A DNA stretch of 64,000 nt from a virus (lineage: Duplodnaviria; Heunggongvirae; Uroviricota; Caudoviricetes): IMG/VR virus record IMGVR_UViG_3300045049_000270; one strand, given 5' to 3'. The translations under genes and the position numbers were made by a program. Below, piece by piece: positions 1 through 10,473 of the stretch; position 1 is the stretch's first letter, and each line of letters opens with the position of its first letter. The notes beneath the pieces are model-generated. The model did no database searches and had not been told where the DNA came from. It saw only the letters and a list, made by a program, of their open reading frames with translations.

Positions 1-7
1 AGGTGAT

Positions 8-298
8 ATGCCGTTCACGCATTGTGCTGTTTATAACATTCTCGACGACCAATACCTAGTATTGGAAGAATGCCCAACCATGTTTGATAAAACCATGGAT
101 GAATCTTGGATTCGAGATCGTCTGACTGGTAAAGTTGGTAACCCAACCACCATGACTCACATTCAGGTGTACGGTCATTCTGTTGAACATGCGCAATTGC
201 GCTGCATGGCGCTCGTCGATTCCTTCAAGGCTGAAGGGCTCATTCAACTGCAACGCACGACCGTTCGTGGATGGCAGAGCTCCGCAAGAAGCTGGTAG
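8..298 (+). CDS. hypothetical protein
   Basis: 96-aa ORF, colinear with neighbours. Confidence 0.6.
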   Translation: MPFTHCAVYNILDDQYLVLEECPTMFDKTMDESWIRDRLTGKVGNPTTMTHIQVYGHSVEHAQLRCMALVDSFKAEGLIQLQRTTVRGWQSSARSW

Positions 299-383
299 AA
301 GCGGAGCAAATGACCGACAGTGAAATTTCCGATGCAGTCGCCAATTTTTGGCTGAAGGCATTCCGTCAACGTTAAGGATTAAT

Positions 384-959
384 ATGAGCAATACCCAACT
401 CGAACCAATGGGGTTCGATGATTTCAGAAAGATGCTAGTCGACAAGGGCTATCAGTATGGTTTCGACGCGGCAGACAATGCGTACATGGGGTACAAGTTG
501 GCGCTTGAGCTTGTCGAGCATCAAAAGCTAGTCATTGACGACATTCAGACGATTGCGCAGATGCATGCTCGACACGGCACTACCACCCCAAGCACTGGAA
601 ATTGCATCAGGGTCAAGAGCAGCAAGCCTGGTGCTACCGGCGTTTACGACTTGTTCCCTGCCCCTTCGCCACATCACAACGATTATTCCACGGCACTGCC
701 GCAACTGCCAGAACGTGAGGATGAACAATATCCCCATATGGCGGTCGGTAGTGTGCGGCTGTACCTGGTGTACAAGTACAGCTTCTACAATCGTGAGAAA
801 GATCTCGTGCGCCACGAAGCTGCACAAGCGGCAGCCAAGGAAGCGGCAGAGCGCAAGGGTAAGCAGTTCAACCCCACTCCCTTCAAGGAAAAGGGACCGT
901 CGCGTGGTACTTGGACGTGGTTGTACACTGAATGCAACGGAATGAAGCTTGCAGAATGA
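384..959 (+). CDS. hypothetical protein
   Basis: ORF 348-959; ATG at 384 after AAGGA chosen as likely start. Confidence 0.7.
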   Translation: MSNTQLEPMGFDDFRKMLVDKGYQYGFDAADNAYMGYKLALELVEHQKLVIDDIQTIAQMHARHGTTTPSTGNCIRVKSSKPGATGVYDLFPAPSPHHNDYSTALPQLPEREDEQYPHMAVGSVRLYLVYKYSFYNREKDLVRHEAAQAAAKEAAERKGKQFNPTPFKEKGPSRGTWTWLYTECNGMKLAE

Positions 960-1009
960 TTCAGGTGGTTGTACCATCTGGTTATAATCAGTCACTCTTT
1001 GGAGGTCAT

Positions 1010-1363
1010 ATGTCACGATTTGTGAAGATCAATGATAAGCCGCTTGAACGACTTCGTATGGAAGAGTTTACTGATTTCTTTACGGAGCATATCTTCTTCA
1101 AGTTCATGGATGGCGGCCGTGTCGGTATTCAAGTTGGCGTCCAAGACTTGGTTGACAACAGCATTGCTCGAACGCTTGCTGCATTACCGACCAATATCGA
1201 CAAGCGAATTCGTCCATCGAGGCGATTACAAGATCCGGCACTCACCACGAAACTGTACGACTATCACCTCCCACGTATTGTTAGTGCATTCATTAATGGC
1301 GGCACAAAAGAAATGCGCTCCGCCATCTTTAGTTGCGCGACTGATCCGCTAATGTTCGAATAA
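1010..1363 (+). CDS. hypothetical protein
   Basis: GGAGGT SD before ATG 1010; followed by hairpin 1370-1415. Confidence 0.7.
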   Translation: MSRFVKINDKPLERLRMEEFTDFFTEHIFFKFMDGGRVGIQVGVQDLVDNSIARTLAALPTNIDKRIRPSRRLQDPALTTKLYDYHLPRIVSAFINGGTKEMRSAIFSCATDPLMFE

Positions 1364-1482
1364 AGCACGATTTTGCTCAAAGCAAGGTGCCACAATATTG
1401 TGGCACCTTCGTTCATTCTATGCTTGACTCGCCACCATATGAATGTATCATCTGATACATGGTGAACAAACAGGAGGACGAA

Positions 1483-1866
1483 ATGCTTGAAGCAATCAAG
1501 AATGCACAACGCGTCATGACCAAAGCCCACAAGCGTTTTGGTGTCGAATACCCTGCGACTCCTACTGAGTACCTGGTTGTGATCGAGAAAAACAAGAGCA
1601 TCCAGATCTACCGTGAAGGCAAAGACGGGTCGATTACCGTGTGCCGTAAGTTTGAACTTGGTGATATTGCTGAATACGACAGTTACAATCTTTCTTACTT
1701 GGGAACGATCAAATCCATCAGTGACAAGTCTGTCACGATCGTCAAAGCCTACGGCAAGGATGTGAAACAACATCGACTCGGCCTGTATGAATTCTGCTAC
1801 CGCAACTACAGGTTCGATCTCGAAGAAACTCGCCGGCAAAACGCTGAAACAAGCACGTATATCTAA
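1483..1866 (+). CDS. hypothetical protein
   Basis: AGGAGG SD; preceded by the repeated early-type promoter motif. Confidence 0.75.
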   Translation: MLEAIKNAQRVMTKAHKRFGVEYPATPTEYLVVIEKNKSIQIYREGKDGSITVCRKFELGDIAEYDSYNLSYLGTIKSISDKSVTIVKAYGKDVKQHRLGLYEFCYRNYRFDLEETRRQNAETSTYI

Positions 1867-1960
1867 CGTTGTCACGGCACAACGATTTATCAATTTTCCC
1901 TTGCATCATACTGTAGATGAATATAGTATGATGCAGTTCTGAACTATTACAATTACAAAA

Positions 1961-2251
1961 ATGCCATTGTCAAAATCAGAAGTGCGATCTATTAAAGATG
2001 ATGGTTATTATCATCGAGAACGTGAATGGGATGAAGACGAACAAGAATATGTCACCGTCAGATCAACCCAGCGTCATTTAATTGATTCGAATGATCCACA
2101 CGCTCCAAACAAAAATGAATCGAAAGAGCTTCGTCGAATCATGGCGAAAACTCACTTGACAGAAGAACAAGTGCGTGAACACCCAAAATACCGCCGTCAA
2201 CTCTCCAAGGCACAAAAGGTACCCGAGAAAAAACGAGAACAAACGCCGTGA
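1961..2251 (+). CDS. hypothetical basic protein
   Basis: 96-aa ORF after TTGCAT..TAGTAT promoter-like site. Confidence 0.65.
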   Translation: MPLSKSEVRSIKDDGYYHREREWDEDEQEYVTVRSTQRHLIDSNDPHAPNKNESKELRRIMAKTHLTEEQVREHPKYRRQLSKAQKVPEKKREQTP

Positions 2252-2255
2252 CATT

Positions 2256-2378
2256 ATGCGTAAACGCTTGCAACGGCTATATGCAAACGAACTTGGTTTG
2301 CCTGGTTACCATCCGGATGTCCAACTTAAAGTAGACGCCTACTTTGAACGCTTGAGATCGCGCCGCCATATTTGGTAA
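2256..2378 (+). CDS. small hypothetical protein
   Basis: ATG 2256 directly after previous stop, 40 aa. Confidence 0.5.
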   Translation: MRKRLQRLYANELGLPGYHPDVQLKVDAYFERLRSRRHIW

Positions 2379-2534
2379 ATTTGTAACTTGTTGTAAAAGT
2401 ACAACAAATTAGATTCTGCTTGCTGTATGTACCACGTGAAAGTAGTATCACAAACGTTTTGAACTAGTAATACGCATAAAGGGACCACGCAATGACGTGG
2501 TAAATTATCAAAATTTTCCCGGAGGTACAAGAAT

Positions 2535-4370
2535 ATGAAGAAGAGTCTTATGGCTTCGACAATGATTGCTATTTTGGCAATCTCTTCGCAAGCTTTTGCA
2601 GATTGCACTGGTAATCCGCATGACTGCACAAGTGCAACCCAAACATATGTTGATCAAAGCATTGCAACAGAAACGACCCGAGCAACCAATGCAGAATCTG
2701 GTTTGCAAAGTCAGATCACGACGAATGCTGGTAATATCACTGTTTTGCAAAAACAAGCTGGCGATTTGCAAACGCAGATCAACAACACTAACACCACTGT
2801 CAACGGCCTGGGTCAAGGTCTCGCCAGCACACAAACGCAAGTAAATGCAAATACGGCAGCTATCAATAGCCTACAGACGAATAGTGCTTCTCATCAAGAA
2901 GTGATGAATTCGGCGGCTGCGACATTGTCAGCAGCTAATGCAAATGCGAGCACAGTCGTAGGCGCTGAAACGCAACGGGCACAAGGTGTTGAAGCTGGCT
3001 TGCAGAATCAAATCAACAACAACGCGGCAACCGCTTCATCGATGGTTCAAGGTGAAAATCAGCGAGCAACGACAATTGAAGGAATGTTGCAATCGCAGAT
3101 TGCGGCAAATGCATCGACTGCGGCTGGAGCAACGGCTGCTGAAACCGCTCGCGCACAAACAGCAGAGTCGACGCTGAATGCAAAGGTTAATACTGCGCAA
3201 TCAACTGCAGATAAAGCACTTGGTGCCGCAGGCGCGGCACAGAGCACTGCTAATCAAGCATTGACTGGAGCTGGTGTGGCGATTGGCATCGGTATTGGTA
3301 ATTCGATCGCGATCAACGCAACTGATCAACGTCTTGACCAAACAAATGCTAATGTGGCAAATGTTGCGAAGCAAGTTTCGACGAACACGTCCAATATTGC
3401 TTCGCTGCAACAAAAGAGCGCTACGCATTCGGAAGTTACTCAAGCGATGGGTAATGCGATCGAACAAGCAAATAGCTTCACCATGGGACAGGTTGCTGGT
3501 GAATCGCAACGTGCTCAAGCAGCTGAAGCATCGCTGAGCACGGCAATCGGCATTGAAACAACACGTGCTGAAGGAGCCGAAAACAACCTGCAGTCTCAGA
3601 TCACAACGAATGCTGCTTCTGCAAAAAGTTACACTGACCAGACGGCAGCCAAGACTCTCTCGGCGGCTAACCGACATGCTGATGCGGTTGCAGCAAAAGA
3701 CGCGTCAATCGCATATGGTGCGGCAGTTATGACGTCAAACCAATATACGAATCAAGTTGCAAGTAAGACGTTGGCTGGGGCGAAGACGTACACTGACCAG
3801 CAGGTTGGTGCAGAATCGACTCGTGCGCAGGCTGCTGAACAAACGAATGCAAATGCAATCTCGAATGAAACGCAACGTGCGAAGACTGCTGAAGCTGGTT
3901 TGCAATCGCAAGTGACACAAAATAGTGGTGACATTGCAACGCTTCAACAGCAATCGGCATCCCATGATGAAGTGGCACAAGCGCATGCACAATCCAACGT
4001 TTACACTGATCAGTCGTCGGCAGCGACTTTACAAGCTGCTAACAGTTATACTGATCAATCGGTTGCAAATGGTGTGCAGGCAGCCAACAACTACACGAAT
4101 CAACGCTTTAATCAAGCAGAGAGCGACATTAGCACGCTTCGTCAAGATATGTATGGTGGTGTAGCCAGCGCAATGGCAGTAGCAGGCCTCCCGCAACCGA
4201 TGAGTAATGGCCATTCTATGATGTCGGCAGCAGCGAGCACGTATCATGGTGCTACTGGTTACGCGATCGGCGTATCTACTGCTACTGGCGGTTGGGTAGT
4301 GAAGGGAGCAGTAACCGGTAACAGCCGTGGTGACTTTGGCGCAGTAGTCGGTGCAGGTTATCAATTTTAA
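2535..4370 (+). CDS. trimeric autotransporter adhesin (YadA-like C-terminal anchor, coiled-coil stalk)
   Basis: N-terminal signal peptide (..AFA/D), repeated AETxRAxxAE and AxxYTD stalk motifs, C-terminal GGVASAMA...GAVVGAGYQF beta-barrel anchor; GGAGG SD. Confidence 0.92.
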   Translation: MKKSLMASTMIAILAISSQAFADCTGNPHDCTSATQTYVDQSIATETTRATNAESGLQSQITTNAGNITVLQKQAGDLQTQINNTNTTVNGLGQGLASTQTQVNANTAAINSLQTNSASHQEVMNSAAATLSAANANASTVVGAETQRAQGVEAGLQNQINNNAATASSMVQGENQRATTIEGMLQSQIAANASTAAGATAAETARAQTAESTLNAKVNTAQSTADKALGAAGAAQSTANQALTGAGVAIGIGIGNSIAINATDQRLDQTNANVANVAKQVSTNTSNIASLQQKSATHSEVTQAMGNAIEQANSFTMGQVAGESQRAQAAEASLSTAIGIETTRAEGAENNLQSQITTNAASAKSYTDQTAAKTLSAANRHADAVAAKDASIAYGAAVMTSNQYTNQVASKTLAGAKTYTDQQVGAESTRAQAAEQTNANAISNETQRAKTAEAGLQSQVTQNSGDIATLQQQSASHDEVAQAHAQSNVYTDQSSAATLQAANSYTDQSVANGVQAANNYTNQRFNQAESDISTLRQDMYGGVASAMAVAGLPQPMSNGHSMMSAAASTYHGATGYAIGVSTATGGWVVKGAVTGNSRGDFGAVVGAGYQF

Positions 4371-4389
4371 TTGAACATCAGCAGTAAAT

Positions 4390-4420
4390 GCGAAAGGGGA
4401 GCAGATGCTCCCCTTTCGTT
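4390..4420 (+). terminator. hairpin terminator after adhesin
   Basis: GCGAAAGGGGAGCA-GA-TGCTCCCCTTTCG stem. Confidence 0.75.
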
Positions 4421-4501
4421 CGTTGATGAACAGATGGTAAAGAGTGCCATAACACAAAGATTGCCATGCTACAATTGGCAAGCAATCAAAAGGAAAATGA
4501 A

Positions 4502-5035
4502 ATGGCACTGTTTATTGTAGACGTAGAAGCTGATGGACCGTACCCAGGTGATTATTCGATGGTATCATTTGGAATCGTTAAAGTACAAAACGATATGGCA
4601 TCCGCACCATCTTTCTACGGTAAAGTAGCTCCAATTAGTGATATATGGCTACCTGAGGCTCTGGCTGTCAGTGGTCATACCCGCGAAGAGACCTTAAGTT
4701 TCGATCAAGCCAGCGTCGTTATGCCGCAAGCTATGACGTTTGTGAATGCGCAGAAGGGTGAAGGACATGCAGTCTTCATCTCGGACAACAACGGCTTCGA
4801 CTGGCAGTTCATTAATTACTACATGCACAAATATGCAGGTAGCAATCCATTCGGGTTTTCATCCCGTAGAATTGGTGATTTCTTTGCTGGATTGGAACGC
4901 AATTTCAAAGCTGCAAACAACTGGAAGCGTATGCGGACTACCGCACATGATCACAATCCGGTTAATGATGCTAGGGGCAATGGTGAGGCTCTAATTGCTA
5001 TTGCGAAGAAACATAACATCACATTTCCACTTTAA
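4502..5035 (+). CDS. DEDDh 3'-5' exonuclease (Rv2179c-like exoribonuclease)
   Basis: FIVDVEADGP, FISDNNGFDWQFINYY, HNPVNDA motifs. Confidence 0.85.
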   Translation: MALFIVDVEADGPYPGDYSMVSFGIVKVQNDMASAPSFYGKVAPISDIWLPEALAVSGHTREETLSFDQASVVMPQAMTFVNAQKGEGHAVFISDNNGFDWQFINYYMHKYAGSNPFGFSSRRIGDFFAGLERNFKAANNWKRMRTTAHDHNPVNDARGNGEALIAIAKKHNITFPL

Positions 5036-5446
5036 ATGTATCTCTTCAAGTATCGATTTGACGCTGTCGAAAATCATAATGCTTATGTTCAAAAGAGCAA
5101 GGAATTGCTGGAGTGGGTTAAAAGCCTCGAACGTCCAGTTAGAGATAAAGGCCGAGTATATGAACAACGTCGATATGGCAAGGAGCAAATTCCACGCGCA
5201 TGGCATAAACGTATTATCAAGCTCGATTCTTGGTTTGCTACTCAAGATTTAAATGAAGTAGTTCATTCATATAATGACGGATGGGAAGTCATTTTTGTGA
5301 GTTCAATTGATACGATCGGTAGTTTGGCAGTAGATGAAGCGGAAGATGAAAATAAAGGTTTACAACATCGAGCGACGAGATACACATATTTGGTATTGAT
5401 TGAAGATCTCTGTGAGGCGACAGAGATGAGATTGCTTTATGGTTAG
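5036..5446 (+). CDS. hypothetical, AxxFKL-like paralog family
   Basis: C-terminal IEDLCEATEMRL. Confidence 0.65.
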   Translation: MYLFKYRFDAVENHNAYVQKSKELLEWVKSLERPVRDKGRVYEQRRYGKEQIPRAWHKRIIKLDSWFATQDLNEVVHSYNDGWEVIFVSSIDTIGSLAVDEAEDENKGLQHRATRYTYLVLIEDLCEATEMRLLYG

Positions 5447-5847
5447 TGACTATGATTCGTTTGCATTACGTTCAAGAAGGTCCATGGTACGGTCATGATA
5501 ATGTGGCCGTTTGTGCCAAGGATAAACTAGCAGAATTCGGCAGATTGCTAAACCCAGATGGTGAATGGTGGGATGACGGTATAAAGCATGAAGGTATGAA
5601 TATGGTCACATGTGCTGGTGACTGGACCAAGATGCGTGCGTATGCGAATGAATATCTTGAAATTCAAGAAATCAAATTACAAAACGATTTTGATCTCTAT
5701 TTCTGTTGGACCTTTTATTTTGATGGTTGCACGTTGCGAGAAACCCTTTACAGGAACGATGCTCTTTCTATGCATGGCACCGTAAAATTCACATTCGACT
5801 TTTACGATGAAACGTTAGCAGTTCAGTTCAAGCTTGAGATGCTCTGA
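5446..5847 (+). CDS. hypothetical, AxxFKL paralog family
   Basis: C-terminal YDETLAVQFKL. Confidence 0.7.
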   Translation: MTMIRLHYVQEGPWYGHDNVAVCAKDKLAEFGRLLNPDGEWWDDGIKHEGMNMVTCAGDWTKMRAYANEYLEIQEIKLQNDFDLYFCWTFYFDGCTLRETLYRNDALSMHGTVKFTFDFYDETLAVQFKLEML

Positions 5848-6242
5848 TGTATAACGTGACTTATTACGTGCCAACTGAACAAGGTATATTGGCGCTTCGT
5901 GCAAAGTTTGAAGAGATAATCAACTGGCTTTCTGCCAATGTATCACCTTACACTAGTAAGCAGTGCGAAGTCTCGAAATGGGGACATTCATACTATACTA
6001 ATCCTGATGATTCAATAGAAATTAACCAAAAGTTCAATAACATCATAGCACATTACATTAGTGTGGCTGATCCGTTATGGTCCGGCTACGTATGGACGAG
6101 GAATGCAGGGCGAGCGGTTGGTAAGGGATGGGCGGCATTCTACATGTGGCATTGGAATAGGGATGGATATCTGGAGAATCACACTATGATTATGGTATAT
6201 GATGAATTGGTAGCCGTTCAGTTGAAGTTGATTTTTTTGTAA
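5847..6242 (+). CDS. hypothetical, AxxFKL paralog family
   Basis: C-terminal YDELVAVQLKL. Confidence 0.7.
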   Translation: MYNVTYYVPTEQGILALRAKFEEIINWLSANVSPYTSKQCEVSKWGHSYYTNPDDSIEINQKFNNIIAHYISVADPLWSGYVWTRNAGRAVGKGWAAFYMWHWNRDGYLENHTMIMVYDELVAVQLKLIFL

Positions 6243-6258
6243 AAATTGAAGACTTCTG

Positions 6259-6323
6259 CCTGGGTTTGACATCGTGGTATAAGGCTCTAGCCACTGACGG
6301 ATCCGATATCAACCTCCATGAAT
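6259..6323. repeat. dispersed structured repeat, copy 1
   Basis: CCTGGGTTTG - hairpin - AACCTCCATGAAT; also at 7205 and 55124. Confidence 0.75.
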
Positions 6324-6358
6324 ATTCGTTGATATTATTTTAAAGTTGATGGTGTGAT

Positions 6359-6700
6359 ATGGCTACTATTGTGTATGAGACTGCTGCATGGGGTGAGTTG
6401 CATTCCAAGGTGCTTCATTTTCTGGCGGATCATGTTCCAGAGGATGGTAGTTATGAGCGGTGGATGTTTTTGGGATTTGGTTTTGATGAGTTGGTGGAAA
6501 AGAAACGGGAACGAATTGGTCCGTTTCTTCAAGTATTTCGTGATGTTGGATTTGATTTTCCAACCTACCGAATTGGGAAGCATGAAAAAACTAGTATCTG
6601 GGATTACTATACCATCCAAAATGATCCTGACAGGATTGTTATTGTGATGGTATTTAAGAATGATGCAGATGCTATTACTTTTAAATTGATGATGTCATGA
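6359..6700 (+). CDS. hypothetical, AxxFKL paralog family
   Basis: C-terminal FKNDADAITFKL. Confidence 0.7.
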   Translation: MATIVYETAAWGELHSKVLHFLADHVPEDGSYERWMFLGFGFDELVEKKRERIGPFLQVFRDVGFDFPTYRIGKHEKTSIWDYYTIQNDPDRIVIVMVFKNDADAITFKLMMS

Positions 6701-7107
6701 AATTTCTAGTTTATGAACTTCCTCGTTATGATCTAGCGCAATTAAAGAATATAGGTAGGGCGCATCACCAGGTCCTTCAAAAATATTTTGGTGGCTTTTC
6801 TTTAGTTGAGGAATCAAATGTTCGTGAAGACATAGTGAAAATGTATGGTCCCAGGAATGATACTGATTGTTTTCTGGATTACTACTTGGTGCGCGGTTCT
6901 GAAGTGTGTTGGCCAGATAGAGCAAATAATCATATTTGTGAAATTCGACAACATTGTTATTTCGAAGTTCAGGATAGTGGTTACATTTATTTTATTAATG
7001 GTGTTGGATGGCGTATGTGGTATCTTTGTTGCGATCAACGACCTGCTTGCATCTATGCCTTCGAAAATGATAATGATGCTGTACTTTTTAAATTGGCGGT
7101 ATCATGA
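6697..7107 (+). CDS. hypothetical, AxxFKL paralog family
   Basis: C-terminal FENDNDAVLFKL; ATGA overlap. Confidence 0.7.
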   Translation: MKFLVYELPRYDLAQLKNIGRAHHQVLQKYFGGFSLVEESNVREDIVKMYGPRNDTDCFLDYYLVRGSEVCWPDRANNHICEIRQHCYFEVQDSGYIYFINGVGWRMWYLCCDQRPACIYAFENDNDAVLFKLAVS

Positions 7108-7197
7108 TGAATGTTGTCACATTCAAAAATTACACCAGATATTACCATTTTAAAAACTGATGCCGAAGCAGTTGCTTATCGATTGGCCACTTCTTAG
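7104..7197 (+). pseudogene. frameshifted remnant of the AxxFKL family
   Basis: ATG 7104; one extra A in TTTTAAAAAC separates it from FKTDAEAVAYRLATS*. Confidence 0.4.
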
Positions 7198-7204
7198 AGT
7201 TCTA

Positions 7205-7273
7205 CCTGGGTTTGGTAGCTTTCCTCTATTGATTAGATATTATCAATAGGTAAAGTTAATAACCTCCATGAAT
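7205..7273. repeat. dispersed structured repeat, copy 2
   Basis: CCTGGGTTTG - CTATTGAT/ATCAATAG hairpin - AACCTCCATGAAT. Confidence 0.75.
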
Positions 7274-7289
7274 TATTCGTTGAAATGAA

Positions 7290-7613
7290 ATGAAAACTAC
7301 TGTAGTGTTTACACAATTATTTCCTAATGAAGCATATGAACATGATCGTTTACTAGAGCGCACCCTTGATATGTTGTGTGAGCAATATGGACCATTGAAA
7401 GCTGTTGACTCTGATCTGTCGATATATGAAATTGTTGTAAGGCATAATTTGGAGGGTTACCTTTCGTATGCTTCTTGCCGTAGTAATTGTGAAGTAAAGG
7501 TTTGGGATACTCAGAGGGACATCGTTACTGGTAACATTAATGAAACATATTATGATATTGTAATTGAGTTTCCATGCGAGCTGGATGCTTTGATATTCAA
7601 GTTAAGTGTGTGA
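7290..7613 (+). CDS. hypothetical, AxxFKL paralog family
   Basis: C-terminal FPCELDALIFKL. Confidence 0.7.
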   Translation: MKTTVVFTQLFPNEAYEHDRLLERTLDMLCEQYGPLKAVDSDLSIYEIVVRHNLEGYLSYASCRSNCEVKVWDTQRDIVTGNINETYYDIVIEFPCELDALIFKLSV

Positions 7614-7752
7614 TTTAATAGGTTTTCGTTATTGGAAGTTGATTGTTGATAGTTACAACCAATTGACATTTAGGTTTAGATATAGATAAGTACCTGCTAG
7701 TATTATTACTGTTGGCTAACAACATCATTAACCCTGTGCAGGGGATCTCATC

Positions 7753-8028
7753 ATGGACGCTATAAAAATAGCGAATGAGGTCGGTTATAAGCCTGATATA
7801 AGTAATGCGTTCTCAGCGTATTGGTGTTTAGCGACACGTGCTGAATATGATCGATTGTTGGATCATATTGATACCTTTTTAGTGGGTGATCAGAAGTTCG
7901 GATTTAGGTGTTATGATTCTGATCATCGAGCTATCACATATAGTTCTAATTCAGATAGTTCGTTTCGGGTGGTTGTAGAGCGAGGAGAGCAGATGTTGGT
8001 AGTTCGGGTGACTATTTTGATGATATAA
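7753..8028 (+). CDS. hypothetical protein
   Basis: 91-aa ORF. Confidence 0.55.
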   Translation: MDAIKIANEVGYKPDISNAFSAYWCLATRAEYDRLLDHIDTFLVGDQKFGFRCYDSDHRAITYSSNSDSSFRVVVERGEQMLVVRVTILMI

Positions 8029-8097
8029 GAATGCCACTTTGTTGAGTAGTTGTTACTGTTTTAGTGTAGACTGGCGTTTTCATCATTGGAGTGATGG

Positions 8098-9720
8098 ATG
8101 GGAACGCCAATCTACTATAAAATTCTTCCTGCTGGTTCAACCATCTTCCGTGGTGGTGATAACGTCCCTTATGTGACTGACTTCCTAACGGAAGACCTGC
8201 TATTGTCTTCGAATCAGTCACACCATTATGGTATTCCCTACGAAATTAGACATCTCATCAGAGACAATACAAATGGTCGAATACTGCGTTTCGAAAAAGT
8301 GCAAGTTGATGACAATTTGTACTATTTCTTCATGCAAGTTGATGCTCAGCAACAAGAATTGAAATGGCCTGATGGTTCAGTCGTAGAAGAAGATCAGTAT
8401 TTTTCGATTGCTGGTGGTGTAGACATTCTTCAGGCTGAAGGCAATAGCAACATTCTCTATAATTACCATCAGAAGATCAAAGCTGAAAAGGCTCCCCGTA
8501 AGTACAATGGAAAAATCGTTAATGCTAAAACGTTAACGAAACCAGCATTACCGGCAGATGCGAAGCCTGGTGTGTACTTAGTCTATAAAGACGGTGAGTG
8601 TGCAGTTCATATTGACAATGTTATTCGTGCAGAAGCTCCGAAACCCCGTAAAGAAGCGAAAGAAACTGGACCTACGTTCCGCCAGGTTTTCGTTCCTGGA
8701 ACTACCTGGAAAGTAACAAAAGAAATCAAATTGCCCAAGATTGTTAAAACGCCGTCTCATAGCTATAACGGTCATCAATACTACACCACCACATTAGAAG
8801 AAGGTGCTGGTGCAGTGATTCCTGTTGGAGCAGAATTCAAGTTGACTGAAAAAGTTAGTCAACCGGGACCCGGATATAGTTCTGGTCTGTGGTTTACAAA
8901 TACATTTGGCGGCACCGTGACGCATTGGGCACGTATGTCTGATGTGAATGGTAAAGTTGAACGGATTTTATCGGCACAATCAAATGTCCATGTTGATGGA
9001 ACGGTGAATCTTGATTCTAACGATATTATTCCGGTCTTCTACATATACGACACTTCTGAACAAAAATATTTCAAGGGTGATGCTGGTAATTGGAAAAATG
9101 GTTATCAGCATGCAATTGAGTACTCTGAGAAGGGTATTCGTGGTTGCAAGAATTGGAAACGTTTAAGCGATGTTCGCCAGTTTGCTTTGAACGCAAGTGG
9201 GTATTATGTTGGTTTGCCCGATATGTATGGTGGCGCTGAGTATTACACGACTGGCTATAAGTTTGACATTCCAGATACTTGGGAGATTCACGAATACGAC
9301 AAAAGCTCCAAACAACTGGTTAAAAAGATTGATTTGGTTGAATCGTTTAAGCGTACATGGCGTCTTCGTGATTTGACAATCAAGTTTGGTAGTGCAGTTC
9401 GTCAAGTGTATTCTGATCTTGAGAAGAAGAAAAAGCTTGATGAATTCAGTGCGATGGTTGTCTTCTCCAAGAAAGAGGACGACAAATACTATTATGACTA
9501 TGAGTTGACTGACACAGAAAAGGCCGAAATCAATGAAGCTATAGAAGTTCTGGACAAGAAGGATTACAAGCGTGCAAAGAGCGATACTCAGATGGCATTC
9601 GCAATAAAAGATATCACTACCGCTATTCAAATCAAGTTGACATACAACGGCAGCCTTGATATTGCCATGATTGACTTGCAAAAGATGACTGAAGTAATTG
9701 AAGAAAAGGAACAAGCATGA
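8098..9720 (+). CDS. large hypothetical protein
   Basis: 540-aa ORF with phage-like codon use; no family recognised. Confidence 0.8.
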   Translation: MGTPIYYKILPAGSTIFRGGDNVPYVTDFLTEDLLLSSNQSHHYGIPYEIRHLIRDNTNGRILRFEKVQVDDNLYYFFMQVDAQQQELKWPDGSVVEEDQYFSIAGGVDILQAEGNSNILYNYHQKIKAEKAPRKYNGKIVNAKTLTKPALPADAKPGVYLVYKDGECAVHIDNVIRAEAPKPRKEAKETGPTFRQVFVPGTTWKVTKEIKLPKIVKTPSHSYNGHQYYTTTLEEGAGAVIPVGAEFKLTEKVSQPGPGYSSGLWFTNTFGGTVTHWARMSDVNGKVERILSAQSNVHVDGTVNLDSNDIIPVFYIYDTSEQKYFKGDAGNWKNGYQHAIEYSEKGIRGCKNWKRLSDVRQFALNASGYYVGLPDMYGGAEYYTTGYKFDIPDTWEIHEYDKSSKQLVKKIDLVESFKRTWRLRDLTIKFGSAVRQVYSDLEKKKKLDEFSAMVVFSKKEDDKYYYDYELTDTEKAEINEAIEVLDKKDYKRAKSDTQMAFAIKDITTAIQIKLTYNGSLDIAMIDLQKMTEVIEEKEQA

Positions 9721-10040
9721 GTATGTTTGATAATCAGTTTGAAGAAGATCACGGCGAAGGTGAGCAAGCACGTCACGAAGCTGATGCTCTGAACAAAGTG
9801 CATTCGATCAAGTTCATGCGTGTGCGTGGCAAGTGTGATGATCGGTCACAGGTTATTGCAACGAATAGCGATGGTGGAATCTTGTTTAACATTGATGGCT
9901 ATATGCCATCAGGTTTGGGTTTTGGTCGTTCAGACTATATCGAATTCGTTATTGATATTGAAACTGGTCAAATTATGAACTGGAAAAAACCAAGTGAACA
10001 AGCACTGATTGATTCGTTTTTAACGGATAAAGAGGCATGA
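9717..10040 (+). CDS. hypothetical protein
   Basis: ATGA overlap, 107 aa. Confidence 0.7.
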   Translation: MSMFDNQFEEDHGEGEQARHEADALNKVHSIKFMRVRGKCDDRSQVIATNSDGGILFNIDGYMPSGLGFGRSDYIEFVIDIETGQIMNWKKPSEQALIDSFLTDKEA

Positions 10041-10393
10041 GCAAGCATTTTTGCCCAGATGGTTTTTCTAAGAAGGCACGTTATCGAGTGTCTCTTTCGA
10101 AAGCTCGAGCGAAATCTTCATTCGGTAAGAAAGAAACGTACATTCTTTATTATTACAGCAATATAAAGGAACGTCGCAAAAGTCGTCTGTTTGAGAATTA
10201 TAAAACGAAACGACCATATGCCTTGAATATTCAATTCAAGATCAGGTTCTTTGGTATGCTACATCATGTAGTCAGCCATGGGCCTGAAAAAGCGGCAAAG
10301 CGTTGGAAACAAGCCAATTTGCGATGGGAGAAAGTAGCACGTAATCGCAACATTTCTTCACGCGCCCGAGAACGGTTTCGATCTTATATGTAA
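10037..10393 (+). CDS. hypothetical basic protein
   Basis: ATGA overlap, 118 aa. Confidence 0.65.
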   Translation: MSKHFCPDGFSKKARYRVSLSKARAKSSFGKKETYILYYYSNIKERRKSRLFENYKTKRPYALNIQFKIRFFGMLHHVVSHGPEKAAKRWKQANLRWEKVARNRNISSRARERFRSYM

Positions 10394-10473
10394 TACTAGT
10401 GTAAGTACTTACATATTCTTATTGCCATTTGTGCTACCGTTCTAGGTGAACAACGTCTATAAAGGGGACACAA

